This document shows positions 56,977 through 59,900 of a DNA stretch of 59,900 bases, one piece after another. Origin of the DNA: Candidatus Uhrbacteria bacterium GW2011_GWF2_39_13 (lineage in GTDB: Bacteria > Patescibacteriota > Patescibacteriia > UBA9934 > GWF2-40-263). The stretch is from contig LBWG01000008.1 in assembly GCA_000993535.1 (NCBI GenBank), positions 1-59,900 on the forward strand, read 5' to 3'. Both the position numbers and the translations under genes were made by a program. Position 1 is the first letter of the stretch. Every line of letters begins with the position of its first letter. The notes under the pieces were generated by a model. The model saw only the letters and a program-made list of their open reading frames with translations. It was not told the DNA's origin and did not search any database.

Positions 56977-57577
56977 TAATCACAGCCATCCCCGTTCTGT
57001 CAAAAAATACGAATCAGTAATTTGAGGGAAGGATGACGACATAATTGAGGAAAATAATTCTATTTTGCTGCGAGATTTCTCATGGTAAACCTTGAACCTT
57101 ATGATTCTGAAATGGGAAAGGAAGTCGAAGTTAGCCATATTTTGTGTTCATTGAGAATATAAATCTCACCGGAAATAATCCGGGAAGTTGAAAGAGGTAT
57201 GGCAAGGTTGTCGGTTACGTAGCTTTGCGGTAATAGTATTTCAGCAAACCGCCGAGACGTTCTTTACATTTGATTTTACCATAAAGAGACCATGTAGATA
57301 AAGCAAAAACGGCATGCAATTATCTAGTTCTTGACGAGGGTGCGTCCTCAAAAGAGTCAATATAAAAGGGGAAATATTATGGTAGGGCACAATCGTTGAA
57401 GCTGAGGTTATGAGAATAGAGAAATTCACAGAAAGCCGATGCTTTCGTATTATGCAAATGCAAACTTACGGCTTCTTCATTCATAGTTTATCGGAGATAC
57501 ATTCAGTTTTTACGGAGAGTATTCTATTTTGTTTAGGTGCTAATTTATGGTATATTGAGCTCATGAAAAAATAAAGT

Positions 57578-57874
57578 ATGGAGCTGGATATGATAAAGGA
57601 AACCTTTAATAAATTTGCGGCCTTGATGGAAGGGGTTAACAACGATGCGGTCAAAGATGCGTTTCTGAATTTTCAGAAGTCGCTGGAATACTGCATCGAA
57701 GAGAATACCGTCATGCGAGAGGTGCTTCGCGACAAATATAAATGCAAGAAGCTCCAGCTTACTGGCGGCCGTATGATTGATCCCCTGCCCCAAGATAAAG
57801 ATGGAGATATTGTAGAATTCAACCACCTGGGCGGATTATTGAGGTCATACCGCCGCGTGAAACAGGCAGCTTAG
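57578..57874 (+). pseudogene. Internally deleted IS/integrase-core transposase remnant
   Basis: N-terminal EYCIEENTVMRE...KLQLT is joined directly to C-terminal LGGLLRSYRR-x3-AA, the two ends typical of PVC rve-type transposases. No DDE core is present. Confidence 0.65.
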
Positions 57875-58317
57875 TGAGGTCTGGGAATTATGGTACCCAC
57901 CCATGGAAATGAAAACAATATTTGCGATTTGAGGCTGAGAAAAGATAAAAAAACAGAATCAGAAAAACTCCTTAAAAATCCATCAAATTTAGAGAAATGT
58001 TTTTAAAAGATTTCCATGGCTATTTTGCCCTCAAATGCTCTCTGTTTTTGAGAAATACGTTACAAAAAGCTTCTATTTGAAAAATCTGTTATAATCGATT
58101 TTCTTCACGAATAAAACATTGATAATAAAGAAGAAACAAGAAACAGAGAGCAGCGGAGAGTGTTTCCCATTTAATGTGGTACCCTTCAGGTTAACCTGGC
58201 ACTGAGCCAATATTGTAATGCATGTTTATAATGCAAGCCATAGTCTTTTAGTTTTTAGGCACATTGAAATGCAAGAAGTGAAAAGTGTAAAAATAGTATT
58301 TCTTTTATCTACTTTGT

Positions 58318-59241
58318 TTATGCTTCGTCGAAGAGCCATGTACTGAGGTAACGTTCTCCTGTATCAGGAAGTAGGACAACGATTAATTTCTTTGCGTTTT
58401 CAGGTCTTTGTGCCAGTTCGAGAGCAGCCCATAAGGCAGCGCCGGAGGAGATCCCGGCAAGTATTCCTTCCTTACGTGCCAACAGTCGCGCAGTGAGTAC
58501 CGCGTCTTCATCTTTAACCTTTATGATTTCATCAATTATTTTTCTGTTAAGTACATTGGGTACAAATCCCGCGCCTATGCCCTGTATTGTATGATGCCCG
58601 GGAAGCCCTCCTGATAAAACCGGTGACTTTTCGGGTTCTACAGCAATGATTTTTACTGTTTTCTTTCTTTTTTTCAGTGCTTCGCCGACCCCCGTGATGG
58701 TTCCTCCAGTGCCAACGCCCGAAACAAAAATATCAATCTTTCCATCCGTATCACGCCATATTTCCTCGGCGGTCGTTCTCCTGTGGATTTCCGGGTTTGC
58801 GGGATTGTTGAATTGTTGAGGTATGAAGGAATTTGGATTGGACTTTGCTATTTCCTCTGCTTTTTCTATGGCCCCCTGCATCCCTTTAGCTCCTTCAGTA
58901 AGGACAAGTTCCGCGCCCAGGGCCCTGAGAAGCTTCCTCCTTTCGATGCTCATTGTTTCCGGCATGGTGAGAATCAAGCGGTAACCTTTTACCGCCGCGA
59001 CATAGGCGAGCGCAATGCCTGTGTTTCCGCTTGTCGGCTCTATGATGACAGTATTCTTGTTTATCAACCCTTTTTTTTCTGCATCATGAATCATTGCGTG
59101 TCCGATGCGGTCTTTTACGCTTGCATGGGGATTGAACGATTCAAGTTTTAAAACAATTTTCGCTTTGCCGGTATCCAGCTTTGTTAGTTTTACAAGAGGA
59201 GTATTGCCAATAAGCTCAATGATGTTTTCTGCAATTTTCAT
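58318..59241 (-). CDS. cysK: Cysteine synthase A (O-acetylserine sulfhydrylase)
   Basis: IGNTPLV, SVKDRIG (PLP lysine), [22 protein letters not shown] and [10 protein letters not shown]. Confidence 0.97.
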   Translation of the reverse strand: MKIAENIIELIGNTPLVKLTKLDTGKAKIVLKLESFNPHASVKDRIGHAMIHDAEKKGLINKNTVIIEPTSGNTGIALAYVAAVKGYRLILTMPETMSIERRKLLRALGAELVLTEGAKGMQGAIEKAEEIAKSNPNSFIPQQFNNPANPEIHRRTTAEEIWRDTDGKIDIFVSGVGTGGTITGVGEALKKRKKTVKIIAVEPEKSPVLSGGLPGHHTIQGIGAGFVPNVLNRKIIDEIIKVKDEDAVLTARLLARKEGILAGISSGAALWAALELAQRPENAKKLIVVLLPDTGERYLSTWLFDEA

Positions 59242-59252
59242 AGACGCCTCAT

Positions 59253-59696
59253 TTATATTGTATATGAGAAATTTCTCTGCGCGCTTTTGGTTTCATGCGT
59301 TCTCACAATGTTCTGGAGGGTTATATTCTCAAGAACGTTGAAAATTTCTCTTTCAAGTGAGCACCATATATCTCTCGTGGGGCATGTGCTTGCGCGTTTA
59401 CAGACGCCTGAATTTTTTACACACTCCACCGGGCTTATGTCGCCTTCCAGAACTTCCACAATTTCCCTTACTGTTATCAGCGAAGGTTCTCTCGCTATGG
59501 TGTATCCGCCGTGTGCGCCCCTTGCCGAATTCACAAGCTTGGCCGCTTTAAGCGGTATGATCAGTTTGCTTAAATATTTTTCAGATATGTCCTGTTTTTT
59601 CGCTATGTCTTTCAGGAACACAGACCCTTTTCCGAAATGCAGGGCCAGTTCAAACATCAGCCTCAGTCCATATCTGCTCCTAGTCGAGAGTTTCAT
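59253..59696 (-). CDS. Rrf2 family transcriptional regulator (IscR/CymR-like, three Cys)
   Basis: [21 protein letters not shown] and C-x6-C-x5-C; AAGGAG RBS; directly upstream of cysK. Confidence 0.92.
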   Translation of the reverse strand: MKLSTRSRYGLRLMFELALHFGKGSVFLKDIAKKQDISEKYLSKLIIPLKAAKLVNSARGAHGGYTIAREPSLITVREIVEVLEGDISPVECVKNSGVCKRASTCPTRDIWCSLEREIFNVLENITLQNIVRTHETKSAQRNFSYTI

Positions 59697-59805
59697 AGCC
59701 AGCTCCTTAATTAACACCATTATACTCTATTTAGTATTAATTATATCTGGAAGCCATCAAAAAATCAATAGAACGGGATAAAATTCCCTGGAATATTTTC
59801 GGGCG

Positions 59806-59900
59806 TCAAGTGCGGATTGAAAGAAATTCAACAGATGCTTCCGCGGCGGCGTTTATTTCATCCATTGTATGAGCGGCGGAAACAAAATTCAACTCGAACT
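59806..59900 (-). CDS. hemL: Glutamate-1-semialdehyde 2,1-aminomutase, C-terminal fragment (partial)
   Basis: Manual translation FELNFVSAAHTMDEINAAAEASVEFLSIRT* matches the HemL C-terminal (SQ)FE-x2-FVSAAHT motif. Confidence 0.6.
   Translation of the reverse strand, partial: FELNFVSAAHTMDEINAAAEASVEFLSIRT

Noticed and set aside
333..59781. Numerous short ORFs antisense to or overlapping the called genes (e.g. 1579..1995, 2575..3057, 13981..14598, 20961..21614, 38637..39362, 42393..43118, 59287..59781)
   Set aside because: They are shadows of well-supported genes on the opposite strand or frame, with no motifs or RBS.

Overview
Bacterial accessory region, most likely from a PVC-superphylum organism (Lentisphaerae/Victivallales-like; inferred from four FTLxELL...H-X9-DG pilin-like genes and the gene families present). 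There are three parts. (1) Bases 1-~4.9 kb are a prophage/island remnant: the C-terminus of a GpA-type terminase, a type IV AbiE toxin-antitoxin pair with a consensus promoter and inverted-repeat operators, an HTH regulator and hypotheticals. (2) Bases ~5.1-57 kb are a large carbohydrate-catabolism island made of several regulator-headed modules (IclR, PocR-AraC x2, GntR/LacI-hybrid, LacI). It encodes an ABC sugar transporter, many GH-like TIM-barrel proteins, an unusual number of deacylases, amidohydrolases and phosphoesterases, redox enzymes and four prepilin-like proteins. Three copies of a MITE-like hairpin repeat sit at module junctions, and several genes carry single-lesion disruptions. 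(3) From 57.5 kb to the end there is an internally deleted IS-integrase remnant followed by core genes (cysK, an Rrf2 regulator, the 3' end of hemL). I saw no rRNA, tRNA or CRISPR array. All functional calls come from motif recognition by eye; no database searches were run.
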